From Camelus ferus (taxonomy: Eukaryota), in assembly GCF_009834535.1 (NCBI RefSeq), contig NC_045697.1, positions 103,790,001 to 103,854,000 on the forward strand: a stretch of DNA of 64,000 bases. Reading direction: 5' to 3'. This document shows, piece after piece, positions 12,401 to 26,959 of this stretch. The translations under genes and the position numbers were made by a program. Every line of letters starts with the position of its first letter. The first letter of the stretch is position 1. Below the pieces are notes generated by a model. It saw nothing but the letters and a program-made list of their open reading frames with translations, did not search any database and was not told the origin of the DNA.

Positions 12401-13956
12401 TTTGGAAGCAATCCTATGAAATAAGGATACAAGTACTATTGCTCCTCAGATGAGAAAACCAAGGCTCAGAGAGGTCCAGGGCTTGCCTGGTGACCACTGA
12501 GACCACTAGATGAATAATGGTAGAGGTAGGAATCGAATATCCTTCTTGATTCCCTGGCAAGTGTATCCTTTGCTAAAAGGTCAGGTGGCCCAGCAGCACA
12601 GGTGGTGATGCTCACCTCAGCATGTTAAGCTAATGTTGTTGAGATGCTTCTCCCCCAAGATCAGGACTGGCCCTTATGTCTGAAGCAGAGGTGTACCCAA
12701 AGGTGGGGATCAAATGACTTCAGCTATAGAAAGAAGGTCTCAGAAACAGGAATCTGACGATTCCTGACAAGGTGTTTCGAGATCAGGTCCCTGGAAGACA
12801 CGCCCATTCAGATGAGGAAGGAGCCAGATTAGAAGAAAACCAGTGATGAGAGATAGAGGAGAATTAAGAGAGAAGAGAGTCAGGGAAACAAGAGGAAGTT
12901 GGGGGCAGGCAGGCATGGTGTCACAGGCTGCTGTTAGGTCCTGGAGGACGAGAACTGAGAACTGGCCCCTGGATCTGGTGAACAGCAGTCACTGCCAACC
13001 GTTGAGAGGCCCCATTTGGTTAGAGTGGTACAAATGGAAGACAACTTGAGAGGCACTGAGGGGTTAAATGAGAGAATTCTAGGCTATACACAAAAATCTT
13101 GGGAAACCTAGGTACACTTCAAGCAAGTTTTATAGCAGCTCCATACAAACACAGCCCACTCTTTCTAGGGCTCCTAAGAATGCTAACCTCGCCCAGAAAA
13201 TTAAAAGGCAGAAATGGAAGACGAGCAGAGACATGGAATTTATTGCTGCTGTTACTTCTGCGCTCTCATCTGTCAAAAGAGGAAAGACGATGACGCTTTC
13301 CCAGAGAGCACAGGAGGCCGGAGGGTAGGAAGCGCACACAGGCCAGCTTGCAGGAGGGCTCAAGGCTGACAGCCTTTTTCAGGCAGTACAAGATTGCTCC
13401 TGGAGGCCATTAAACTCCCACCTCAGGCACACGCAGTCACCAGCCCCATTGAACAGAAGAGAAAGGCGAGGCCCAGAAAAGCCAAGTGACTGCTGCCGCT
13501 GAGACAGTGAGTGACAGGTCAGATTTCCTTGGCCCTTCAAGTCCTCGCTCTGCTTATCAGATCTCCTCTAAAGGCCTTTATAAATGTTTCAGTGAATCTT
13601 ATCTTCATGCATTGGATTAGCAAGATCAGCTCCCCACCGGTAATGCAAAATCACCCTGAAATGTTTCATGCCTTGCTGATCAGCCAGAAGCTGAGCTTTC
13701 TGTCTGCATTTGGACTGTGATGATCTTGATCTTTCACCTCTAGCAAAAATCTTCTCATGGCTATAATTTTAAAGTCCGTAATGAGCGCTTCATTTGCTGG
13801 CCAAGCAGACAGAAAACCTTTTTTTAAATACCCAGATTGCCGTGACCTTCGGTGATGACTTAAAGAGTTCGCCACAGGTAATAATTTTCTTCGCTCAGGA
13901 GACGTTATTAAATCTTCTTTGAAGAGATGTGGGCAATAACCTCATTGATGAAATTA

Positions 13957-13958
<2 letters not shown>

Positions 13959-13995
<37 letters not shown>
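13959..13995. repeat. (CA)n microsatellite
   Basis: Seen directly. Confidence 0.95.
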
Positions 13996-13997
<2 letters not shown>

Positions 13998-15678
13998 TTA
14001 ACCTGTCACCTTTCTACTATCCCTGAAATCAAAACTTTTCTTTAAGATGTTTTTGGAATTCTGCTTGACTATCAGAGGGTTTTAAAATTCTTCAAACTGT
14101 TAACTAAAGTATAGTAAAAATTGCAGCTAAATGTTTACAGGAAAAGAAGCACACTGTCTATCTCTAAACTAGACAAGAGGACGGTCTAAACAAACACAGT
14201 ACAGACCCCCACACAGAATTTCTGACTGTCCCACCCAGCTGAATGGGGCTGAACTCACTTGGGGAACATTTTGGGGTTTTCTACATTAAAAAAGAAAAAC
14301 AATGATTTTACTGATTCGGGCCAACATAAAGCCATTCTACTCTGTTTTGCCTATCTCTGTGAAGTTTATAACATGAAAAGAGGTTTCAAATAGTGTAGCA
14401 TCACACTCCATGTCGGCTTCTTGAAGGCTGGCCCCAGATCTTACTCTCCTTTTTTTCCCAATGGCAGAAGACAGTGTCTACATAAAGTGGGTACTTAACT
14501 GCTGTTGACTATCACATTCTATTTCTAAAGTTGGTTGGTGGACACAGTCATGTTTACATGACTGTGTTTTATACACATTTTGTAGATAAGATATTTCGTA
14601 ACTTTAAAAAGAAGGAGAACCCTGAGGACCATCCATTAATTCTAATTCGATAGGTCTAAGGTGGAGATAAGGGTTTTTCCCCCATCACCCTAGGTAATGC
14701 AGATGTGGGGTGATCTACGGAATGCACTTTAAGAAACAAAAACAAAAGCAAAGTAAACAAACCAACATAAATAACATGCCTATAATCAGTTAGTGCTGAA
14801 GGCGTCTTATTTTCATGGTTCAAATTATCAGGCTTCCCCTTAAACACAGAGAACATAGTGTTTAGCATAAAATCCTACTCTCAGATATGCCTAGAAACCC
14901 CTTCCTTACTTGCTTTGACTTTCGCCTATTATAATTCTTAACGTTTTTCTTTTCATTTTCATTTTTCCTTCAGATATTTGAGGGTAGAAGACTTTAATTC
15001 TATTTCTCTCTCTTCTACTTGGTTTAAAATTTTACAAAGTTATATAACCTTGCAACTTTACTTGGGTATTAAGACCTCATATTTACTTTGCATTTTGAGG
15101 AATGGCTTTTAGCTGAATCCTTCCCTATCTCAGCTTGAAAAAAAGAAATACTGAGGTAAACGTAGATAATGCATCTCTTCCCAAACTCTACCTTTCTTGC
15201 TTTTTCATGAAACAACAGCATAAGTGACAAATGAAATACCTCTATGACAATAATATGAAAACCACGTAAATTTCTCTCCAAATTTAGAGAAATCATTTAC
15301 CATTTTTTAAAAAACAAACTTCTTTTATAAAAAGGAATCCCTGTAGTAGTTACTATCAGGCAGAAGTCACTTAAATTTAAATCCAGTGATTCTTCTCAAC
15401 AAATCCCATGAGATTTAAAACCAATGTAAGGCTTTAGGAAAAAAACTGTATTTTTTTTAACCACAGAACTTTACATTTGGAACAGAAATTTAAACCTAAC
15501 AAATGTATATAATTTTAAACAAAGACTATGTGTTTATCCTAAGTCTCCCATGTTTGAATACAAAAGAAAACATTTTGATGTATCTTCTTTCTTACCTCTG
15601 ACAATGAAATTAGGGTTCACCAAGTCATTACGTTTTCTGTTATTCAAATAAGGAACTATAACTGTGCACGTGCGCAAG

Positions 15679-15713
15679 CACACACACACACACACACACA
15701 CGCACACACACAC
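15679..15713. repeat. (CA)n microsatellite, one interruption
   Basis: Seen directly. Confidence 0.95.
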
Positions 15714-17636
15714 TACCACCATTACCATCCATCAGACCATGGCAAGAGCACACTCTACAATCCAGCAGTTTTGAAAAATTGCATTTAAAACACTGGAATG
15801 AATAAATAACAATCACAAAAAAGAACCTAACCATGTTTCCAATATTTAAATGAAAGTAGTTTAAAATTTTAAAGCCACAAAATAAGACTGTCAGTCAGCT
15901 CTCCCCTTAAACAGTCTCATTTTAATACCTAAAGGATAGGCCAGCATTCCAGCATATACGCATTGTTATGCACATACGCAGAGTTCCCTCTGCTGCTAAA
16001 AATTATTACAAATTCTAGTTGGCTCACTGTAACAAAAACAACCTAAGTTACAAAAACAGAAATTGTTTTTCAATTTAACACAAAGTAATAAGGCAATTCT
16101 CTCCAAAGTGCAAGAGGTGAGTTAAAGGGATGCAGTAAGTTTCAATCCATGATAAAAACCTTTGGGTAACCAGTAGTTTTATGGGAAAAGCATTTAAGAT
16201 GAGAAGGATGTAAGTAACAGAGAAGAAAATTTCTTCCTAAGCTATATAACAACTCTACAAAATAAAATTAAGAGAATCATTTCAAATGACACTATTATAC
16301 CTGCATATGTCCCCAAAATCATTAAATACAAATTTGCTACACAATTACACATTTTCTTTAACACATGAGAGCATATGCTAAACATGTAGATAGATACTAA
16401 AGATACATACATATATATATATATATATACGTATATGAGAGCATAAACTCAATGTAAAGAAGTTTAATAGCACAAAATCTGGAAGGAAAAAGGTGTTTTT
16501 GACATGTCCCAAATACCACAAAGAACAGCCAGTTGGGAAGGACAGCGCAACGTGACAATGAGCCCCAGCAATCCTCCACGCCCACTCCCCGCCACGTTGA
16601 AACCCATGTGGGTAAACAGCCATGTGTCAAGGCAGCACAGAGAATCACAGAGAAGCAGGATCAAAACCTTCACCCAATGGCACCTGTCACTGGACTCAGC
16701 TCTTGGACTTTTTCATTTACATGCACCAAAAAATTCACTTTCTATCCTTAGATTAGATTTTTCTAATATATTATCCAAAAGATCAGTCTTCCCTTTTACA
16801 TTAACTTCAACAAAAACCTATATTCAGTTAAATTATTATTTTAGAAAAACACGAAACTTAAAATCTAATATCTTTACTTGCAGAGCATTTTTGTCCATAA
16901 TCTGACATAAATACAAAATAGCCTATTCACTTCCCATTAGAAGATATGACCAAACTGGACTTTGCAAGCTTCATTTCTGAAGCTCCATTTTCAATATTTA
17001 TGAAAAAACTGAATCTTACTCCTCAGGACTACAAAAATGCTTGACAGTTATGAAGTTGCACAATATAAGCCCTTGAAGAACTAGACCAATGATGTTAGAA
17101 AACAAAAAAGATGTTCACAAATTCAACATTGTTAACATGCAACATTAATGAAAATCATTTAAATATCTACTGGGGAATGAACATGTAGATACACTTTCAA
17201 ATGCTACATGTTACTGTCAAGAAAATGAGTGACCTTTGAACTTCTGCCAAAAGTCATTTGAGAACAAGAAGGGTTTTAAGGGACTCACATCAGAAAGAAA
17301 GAAAGAAATGACACCTTTAAACAAATCAACACTACTCTCATATATACCAAAAGAGACTCTTTCCTCAAATTCTTTCAAGGCAATAGAAAGATAATCGTAG
17401 CAGGCACTAATCCAAAACTCTGATAACTTCTCTATCTCACTAATAATGCGGCCACTGAAATAATTACTTGACATAATGAAACACTGGTTAAATCCAACTA
17501 TCTGACAATTCCATTCCTACACCGAGAAGCTAAATTCAGCAGAGAAAAAAGAGAGAAAACACACACCCGTGACGCCTGGCTTCACTTTGATGCATGGCTG
17601 GATCGTAGCTGGGTCCTTGGTACTGCCTGACAATGC

Positions 17637-18284
17637 TGAGACAGGAAGGAAGGGGGCAGGGCACAGCCACTAAAGGAATGACACAGCAATTAGCACCAAG
17701 ATGGCAGAAAATTCAACTCCCAGTAGACTTTGAACCCCAAGATGGTGGGACACTTGACTTGCAGTAGACCTTGAGCTTCATTATACGTTCACTGTAATAT
17801 ATTAGCAGGGTAAATAGCATTCCCTCAGGTGCCATGACAGTTCTGAGGCTAATCATCAAAGGTCAAAAAGTGGGTGGTGGCCCGATTCATGGGAATCCCA
17901 GCCCCTTCCCCAAAGTAGCTGGAATAATCCTCCCACTGGCTAGCATATGAAACAACCAAGCCCATAAAAACTAACAACCCCCACACCTCGTGGCCACTTC
18001 CCCTTCTGAGACAGACTACATCGTGTCTATGGAGCGTGTATCTATTTTACTTTAAACTAAACACCCGCGCCACGCCTCACGACCTCTCTGGCCTTCTGAG
18101 ATGGCCTATGCTGAGTCTGTGGAGTGTCCATCTCTCTGAATAAACCTGCTTTTACTCTACCATGGCTCGCTCTTGAATTCTTTCCTGCGCGAAGCCAAAG
18201 ACCCTCACTTGGGGGGGCGTGTCCCAGGGACTCAACCAAGACCTGGGACGTGGCCATTCTCTCGTGCCCCCTTTTCCTGTATCA
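17637..18284 (+). mobile_element. Solo LTR, ERV1-type
   Basis: TG...CA ends, 4-bp TSD ATGC/ACGC, CATAAAAA TATA-like box, AATAAA ~18139; clearly homologous to the element at 60030-60551. Confidence 0.85.
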
Positions 18285-18559
18285 ACGCTACCACACTCTC
18301 CAGGTGACTCACTCTCCTCAGCTGGATGCCAATTCCACATTCTCTCCTCTCATCTCAAACATGAAGCACCTAACCCCTCATCGCTTTCAGCTACTGAGAA
18401 AAATAAAATCTTCAGAAGAAAGTTCCCATGTGTGTCCCTTCGACCCATCTACATGGACCTATTTCCACACACTCGGCCTTCCCTCCCGTTATTATGAATA
18501 AATAGTCCCAGCTCCTACTGAAGCTCACACAACCCGTTATCATTCCGTTCCACTTGATC

Positions 18560-19285
18560 AAACAAATGACTCCAGCACTCTCTCTTAAATCCACAGCTCC
18601 CTCTCTACTGCATGATTCCCATCATAATGGAAACATGCTGTCATTTCTGCATTAAAAAAAAACCTTGACCCCATATTTCTCTCTAACGATAGCCCCATTT
18701 CTCTACTCCCTTTTATCACAAAGGACTTCAAAACAGTGGTCTATATTTCTTGTCTCTAATTCCTCTCTCCCTGTTTTCCTTGAACTCACTCCAAACAAGC
18801 TTTTGCTCTTATGTTCCACCAAAACCACTCTCGTCAGGGTTACCAGTAACCTTCATATAGCTTAATGCAATGTCAATTCTCAGAAGTCATCTTACACAAC
18901 TCATATCTGCAGAATCTGACACAGCTCACCACACCCTCTTCCCTGAAACACCTTCTTCACCTGGGTTCCAGAATACTATGCTCTCTTGTTTTTCCCTCAG
19001 TCTCATTAATTATGTTCTCTCTATTGCCTTTCCTGGTTACTCCTGTGTCTTGACCTCTTAATGGTGGAGGATCCCAGGGCTCAGTCCTTGAAACTCTTCT
19101 CTTTTTCTCTTTTCTATCTCTGCTCTTTCCCTAAGGAATCTCACCCAATCTTGGCTTTAAACACCATTTATTCACTGATGACTCTCTAAATTATGTCTCA
19201 GGCCACTCCCTGAACTCTCAACCCTGTATCTCTAACTGCTTGCTTACATTTTCATTTGGATGTGTAGTAGGCATCTTAACATGTC
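18560..19285 (+). mobile_element. L2 LINE fragment (RT/3' region)
   Basis: TCCACCAAAACCACTCTCGTCAGGGTTACCAGTAACCT, matching the L2 HSTETALxKVTNDL region; continues ~19730-19925. Confidence 0.75.
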
Positions 19286-19329
19286 AAAAAAAAAAAAAAA
19301 AAAAAACAGAAACTCTTGATCTTATCAAT

Positions 19330-19735
19330 ATGGCTGACATTACAAGTGTTTGTCAATGTCCAGGTCTCCTCTCCCTCAGGGCACATGAATGACAACACAT
19401 GGTGAGGCCACACAACCTGCTGTGGCCAATTTAATGTGAGCAGAAGTGCCAGGTATCACTTCTGGGCTGGACAACAAAAAGCACACTTGTGATTCCCCAA
19501 TCTCTCTCTTTCCCTGCTGTGGCAACTGAAAATGCCTTGTGTTCCATCTAGATGGTGTACCTTCAAGACATGGAGACTCCACCGACCAGGCTTCCTTAGC
19601 GATGGCAAAGACCCTCCCACTGAACCACACGGGACAGGTACCATTAGCAGGCAATAAACCTTAATGCTAAACAAAACACTGAGATTTTGGAGTTCTTAGT
19701 TATCACAGTATAGCCTTGCCCACCGACACTAAATA
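19330..19735 (+). mobile_element. MLT1 (MaLR) LTR nested in L2
   Basis: GGCCAAT...GTGAGCAGAAGTG, AATAAACC ... TTATCACAGTATAGCC MLT1-type 3' end. Confidence 0.7.
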
Positions 19736-19924
19736 CCCCCAAACCTGCTCTCATGTAGTCCTCTTTTCTATCTCAGCAAACTCCTTCTTTTCAGCTGTTC
19801 AGTCAAAAACCCTTAAGTCTTTCTTTCTCTCACATCCCACATCCAATCCAGCAGCACATCCTTGCCTTCAAAATATGTACAGAATCCAACCACCTTTTAT
19901 TTCCTCTACTATCATCCTGCTCTT

Positions 19925-21035
19925 CAAAAGACACTGGTAACAAAATGAGAAGACAAACCACAGACTTGGAGAAATACTTACAAAGCATATATATATATGA
20001 TGAAGGGCTTGTATCCAGTACATACAAAACTCTCAAGGTTCATCAGTAACAAAACAAAACACCCAATTTTTAAAAAAGCAAAATTTTAATAGACATTTCC
20101 CCAGAAAGACATGGATACTAAATAAGCACATGAAAAGATAATCATGCTCACCATTACTAGTCACTAGGGAATGCAAATTAAATTAAAAACACAATGAGAT
20201 ACTGCTACGCACATATCAGAATGGCTACAATTTAAAAGAATGACACAACCATGCGATGTGAAACACTGGAATTCTCACATGCTGATGTTTAAAATGTAAA
20301 ATGGTACAACCACTTTGGAAAATACTTGGGCAATTTCTTAAAAAGTTAAACATACACCCGTGGTAAAGAGAAGAGTGTTTGTATATTGATAGGCATGGTC
20401 CACTCCAGAAGCTATTTATAGATGATTTGTATTTATTGGTGATTCTTCCCTTGGTTGAAAGGCCCTAAAACATACACCTATTAGATAATCCAGCCATCCC
20501 ACTACTACATATTCCCAAGAGAAATGAAAGTATATGTCCACTTAGAGATTTGTACACAATGTCCATAGCCCCAAAGTGGAAACTGCCCAAATGTCCACCG
20601 ACAAGTGAATGGATAATCAAACTGTGGCAAATCCATACAAGATACTACTATTCAGCAATAAAAAGGACTGAATTATTGATACACACAACAGGTGAATCTC
20701 AAAATAATCATGCTGAGTAAAAGAAGACAGAAAAGGAAAAAAAAAACAAAACAGAGTACATGCCCCATGATTCTATCATACAAAACTTTAGAAAATGTAA
20801 ACTAACCGATAGTGACAGAAAACAGGTCAGTGGTTGCCTGGGGAAGAGGGACGCTAAGACAGCAGAGAGGGATGACAAAGGCATACAAGGAACCTTTTGA
20901 GGGTTATGGATATGCTCACTGTCTCAATCATGGTGATGGTTTCACAGGTACACACATGTGTCAAAATGCTAAGTTGCTGAAATTTGTCCAGTTTTTGTAT
21001 GTTGATGATATGTCAATAAACCTTTTTTAAAAAAG
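19925..21035 (+). mobile_element. Old L1 (L1M-type) ORF2 end and 3' UTR
   Basis: Typical L1 3' motifs (GGAATGCAAATTAA, TGGTACAACCACTTTGGAAAA, AAATGTCCACCGACAAGTGAATGGATAA); contains a 109-bp insert. Confidence 0.85.
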
Positions 21036-21742
21036 AACATAGCAGGTGCTGAATAAAAATTTTTGGAATGAATAAAATGAATGATGATGAAAATAGATGT
21101 GAAGAAAGCAAAATCCTGAGAATGAATTGCAGTCAGAACGCCTTATATCTTTCCTCATCCAACAGTATTCTTTTCTGAATGATGGCATATTAGTAGAAAA
21201 GGAGGAATAAGCTACTATAAAGCAGAGTCCAAAGTTTTAGGGCTTTTCAGCCAAGAACCACCTATAAGCAGCTCCTGAAATAGACAACCGCTATCTCGAA
21301 TACACAAGCATTTTTCTTTTGCCACAGTCCCCTAGCAGTTGGATAATTTCTTTGAACTTATCTTAGAAATCTGGCCTCATTTCTCCTTTTTTTATCACTT
21401 GAAGATCACTTGCCATTAAACTTATACTGACTCTTTTTCCATGAACGTAGTCTGCCCTAAATTCTTTTAAGAACAAAGGAATGGCCATAGCGGGTGTCCT
21501 CTCAGTTCATGTGTCTTGGATGTAAAAGTCCTTTTCTTTGGATTCCTTGTCCTCTGTCTCCTAATTTCCCACTGAGATAGAAAAATCATCATCTCTATTC
21601 ATTTTACCTCCCTTGCTCTTCTCTTTGAAATCCTAAATTCCACTCATTATCATCAGTTTTAGCATCATCCTAATACATGAGTCCACCCACTTCTATCATA
21701 AGCTGCTATAGTTACGCGTTTTTGTGACATGACTCCTTAGAC

Positions 21743-21988
<246 letters not shown>

Positions 21989-24900
21989 TTATAAGCAGGG
22001 TTTTTTTTTTCAGTTATAAATAGTTTTTGCTACATTCATTCTAAAAGAGCAGAGCTGAGTAACTGTAAACAGGAGTCTGTTTATTGACGCACACGCTTGT
22101 TGAGATGAGACAATTCTGTTGAGGCAACATGGCTTAGCAGATAATGCAAATGTGCGGGGAAGTTCTCACTCCATTCCATGGGCCTGGGTGTTTTCATTTT
22201 TCAAATTACTTAAACACTCGTACAATTCAAAAAACAATCAAGTTACAGTGAATGTGGTCATTGAAAGATAATCAAAATGGTAAATCATTTGGGGAGCATA
22301 TATAATCTTAGTTATTATCAAGTATCTTTCCCTTCCTTTTTTTTTTTTGTAGGAAGGCTTTTGGAAAATTAAAACTTTAAAACCTCTTCCAAAGTTCAAG
22401 AGTATTTAACAAATCACAAGCTTGTATTTGCTGATTCCTTTCAGTGAAACAGCAATTCTCAAACTTGCATCTCATAGGAGACATTTTCGTCTTGCTGTAG
22501 TATCATTATAAAAATAGGCATGACACAATTATACACAACTTGGATTCAGAACCTGTAGTAAATTCTAAATTTGATTTTTATTAAATTATATGTATGCTCC
22601 CCAGATCATGACAAGGAGTCTATACTCTTAGTTTAGAATATAAAATACATTGCATGATAAGCAAATGAAATTATGAATAGTAAATCCAAGTATTTACAGT
22701 ATAAACACCTTACTCGACATTTATACATTCTAGGGACAGTGAGTGGCTGACCTAGCTAAAGTGGAAAGTTTTCACACAGGACTCAAGGACACAGAGTATC
22801 TGGCTAGTATTTTGAATGTAGGCTCACAAGTGATTTTTATTCAATTTTGTAATAATGTATTGTCTAATATTCATGCAATGAATTTATATTAGTTCTCAAA
22901 AGTTTTAATTAACCTTGACTGACAACTTAAGAAAAAAACCTTAAATGGAATTTCCAGCTTAGTTCACTTCAATATGATCTTCTTTTAAGGTTGATTTTCC
23001 CAAGTGATCTGTAAAGCAGTCTGTCCAATTATGAATTCCCAGTCTCAGAGCCTTCCTTGTCATCTCACCATCAACAGCACTAATACTCACTGAGTATTTA
23101 TCATTTGTTGTAGACACTGTCCTAGACACTTCACTCATTTATTCTTTACAAGTCTTTAAGATAAATACTATTATTATTCTCATTTTTCTGAAAACTAAAG
23201 AAAGGAGTTCAATAATACGACTGAACTCACAAAGCCACCTATTTAGGGTTAAACGTTTATTCTGGAATCCAAGGGCAAAGACTGACTGAGGCCACCTCCT
23301 CCAGCCTCCCTGCCTTCTCTCTTCCCTACCACCAATACCAGGAACAGGTCCTCTTAGGTATTTTCTACCCTTCTAGCGTTTTCAGTCTTTCCCTCATTTC
23401 TGGTCCCTTCCCTTCTACGTACAAAGGAGCGTTCTCTCTAACCTACACATTGAAAAAAAATCACTAACCTATACACTGAATACATATGCTTTCTATAGGG
23501 AGGATACTACACAAGGGTATAAAGAAAAGAACAAGATGTCATTCCTGACTTCAAGGAGGCAGAACATTCAACAAACAAATGTAGGTAACTAACCTCGAAA
23601 TTAGTACTGTTGCCTCCTCAAGATGTAATCCGACTTTTTTCATCATGGCTCATTCTTGTGCCCCACCTCCATGACATTACAGCTCATCCTCCCTTTACTC
23701 CCCTGGAATCTGACTACACCCCTTCTAGTAAAAGCAGCAAACTTATAAGTGACCAGTGATCTCCTAATCACCAAATCCAACATCCTTTTCCCTATATTCA
23801 TTCCCCTGACCCATCTGCTTCTCAAAGCACTGTTTTCTTGTTTGCCATAACATGTCGTCATTCTAATTTATCTCCTGTCTTTTAAACCAGGCCATTCTAG
23901 TTTTTTGCTGGCTACTCCTGTCTTCTTCTCAATCTTATTTTCCAATCTGAATCTATCAGAATACTTACAAATTAACATCTCTAGCCCTAACCGCCATTCC
24001 CAAATGTGTAGCTGCCTATGACTACAGCTTCACATTAAATACATCTAATTTTGAATTTATATATTTTCTAAAAAATCCATTTTGCCTCTCAATTAACCTA
24101 CTTCTATCAATGGGACATTTTTTCCCCTAATGGTGCAGTTTGAAACTTTGGAGTTCAGTGTGGCTTCACCTACTCCTCATAAACCAATCAACCACCACAA
24201 CCAACTTTCCATGCTTTTCCATGACTGTGGCCATCATCCCTCTTCAGATGTTTTTCACCCAAGTCTAGACATTTCCAAACACCTCCTGAATGGTCTCTAT
24301 ACCTTCGCTCCTTCCCTTTAACACATCAAGGTAAAAAGTATGTGCTCAGAATTTATTTCGGTGACTTAAACAGAATCCTAATGTAGGAGTCTGTAGCTCC
24401 CACAAGCTAGCATACTAAGTGTGTATTCTCAAACTGAGGAGGGGAAGGGAGAAAAAGTAAGTGAAGTCGTCTACTTTTGTGCTCTTTTAAGTTTAATATC
24501 CTGAGGTGAGATCTGTGTGCTTTTCAGCATACTGAGATTACAAGCTCTACTCATACTCAATATAATGCTACCAGATAATCTTCCTTAATGACCACTTTTT
24601 AGCATATCATCTTCTTGCTTAGCACATTTAAGAACCCTCCATTATCTACAGATTCAAACCCAAACTCATCAACCCAGTAGTTCCGATCTTCTGCAACTCT
24701 GGCCTTTTTAGGAAGTTTTTTATCTTTGTCTCGCACTAATGCCTCATTTTTTAATTTTCTGCTTTAGGAGTACACAACCCCTGCTGAATCTCTTACCTTT
24801 TAACTGATCACAACACACATCTAACAAATCACACGCTGCCCCATTTTGATTGGTTGCTATACACATCCAACTAAATTGGAAGTTCCCTGAATACAAGGAA

Positions 24901-25039
24901 AATGAGTTAATATCTTCCTATTTCCTGAGTGCTCCATATGGGGCAGATACTCAGTAAATACCAGCTCTTAATACACGTCATACATTGTTGCTCTACAATG
25001 ATGTCATCATATTTATGTGGCATTTCATGCTTTCTGGTG

Positions 25040-25940
25040 AAATTTTATGTTCATTCTCTCCAACTCAATCTGGCCAAAACAGCACTCTTGATTTCCCCCA
25101 CCTCATCCTAACCTATTTTTCTCCAGCTAAGGAAACGGTGCCACCAATTACCCAGTGACTCATACTCCAAATCCAGAAATCATCCTTGATTCCTCCCTGT
25201 TCTTCTCTTTCTCTACGTCCTATCCACCCATGGGTTCTGAGAGCTCTAAATTTAAAATATATCCTAAAAAAAAAAATAAAACAAAACAAAACAAAACATA
25301 TCCTCTATACACCATCTCTCTATTGCACTGCTACCTTACGACACTAGCCTCCAAGCTGGTGCCTCAGCTTTCTCTCCGGCCCTTCTCCTATCTAGTCTCC
25401 ACACATGAACTAGAAGAATCATCTGCAAACAGAAATCAGACCACATACTCTTTCATTTAAATCCCTCCAGTAGCTTCCTGCAGCTCTCAGAATAAAATCT
25501 GAATGATTTACCATAGCCTACAAGGCTCTGCATGACCTGGCTCCCGCCTACCTTCAACTCCAACTCATATTATTCATCCTCTAATCATCAGGCTGCGGCC
25601 ATCACTGTCATTTTCCTGGTGCTAGAACACAGCAGGCTTGTCCCAGCCCTTACACACTCTGTTTCCTTTGCCTAGAACATTCTGTCCCCAGAATACTGCA
25701 ATCTAAATTAACACCAGCCTACCCTCCCAACCTTTCAGCCAGATCATACAGTTTTATTTCACGTCACTTATCTCTATCTGGATCATCTATCTACCTGTTT
25801 ATTGACAGCCACACCTAGAGTCTCCTTGGCATGCAAAGCTAACTGGCATTTGCCAGTTTGTTCACTGTTGTTTCTCCAATATCTATAATAATTCCTGGCA
25901 CATAGTAGGAATTAAACAGATGACTTGAATAAATGAATGA
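25040..25940 (+). mobile_element. L2 LINE 3' fragment
   Basis: GCCTACAAGGCTCTGCATGACCTGGCTCC and terminal CCTGGCACATAGTAGG...TGAATAAATGAATGA. Confidence 0.75.
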
Positions 25941-25959
25941 GTAAGTGGTCTCAGTTGAT

Positions 25960-26120
25960 ATCCCCAACATCATTATTAAGCAGGCAGTAAAAGTATGATT
26001 ATCCTCATTTTATAAACAGGGAAACTGAGGTTCAAGACTATTAAACAACTCCTCCAAGTTACATAGCAAGTTAGGGACAGGATCAGAATGCAGTCTTTAG
26101 GCTTTAAGTTCAGTGTTTCT
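25960..26120 (-). mobile_element. MIR SINE
   Basis: ATTATCCTCATTTTATAAACAGGGAAACTGAGGTTCA core. Confidence 0.7.
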
Positions 26121-26722
26121 AGCTGTTCTCCTATAATGCCAAAATGTGGTTAGTTTTAAACTACTTCAAAATAATTTTTTAAAACCATTCAATCCTTTTA
26201 ACAAACATGGCAACATTTTTAGTTGGAGAAAAGATTCTAATAAAAATCTACTGTTAATTCAATTATCCTATCAAACATAAAACAGAACAAGGGAAAAACT
26301 AAATGTTTGTCCCCTCTATGTATTTTTTCTTTCCTATACATTTTAAAAGCACATATTATAGTCAGCTAGTATCTGCATACATTTGGTAAAGGTATAGGAT
26401 GCAAAAGTTAAAGCGCCCAATTGACAGCCTACATTACACACATGCACACAGATCTTATATTCTCTAGTACCTTCCATTTTTCTCCCAACAGAAAATTGTC
26501 ACTCCTAAAACCTTAAGATTAGGCAAGAGGGTATATTTTAAGATACTGTTAAAAATTCTTTAATAAACTTCCTTGATGAAACATTATCATTTTAAAGATT
26601 AATAATAAAGTTAAAAATGTCTTTATTTCCTTGTATCACATATAAGCACTTTTGTATACAGTCGCCACAGAAACTATGTCACTAAAGATGCCCCATTGAA
26701 AGTGGACCCTTCAAAATATTTA

Positions 26723-26959
<237 letters not shown>

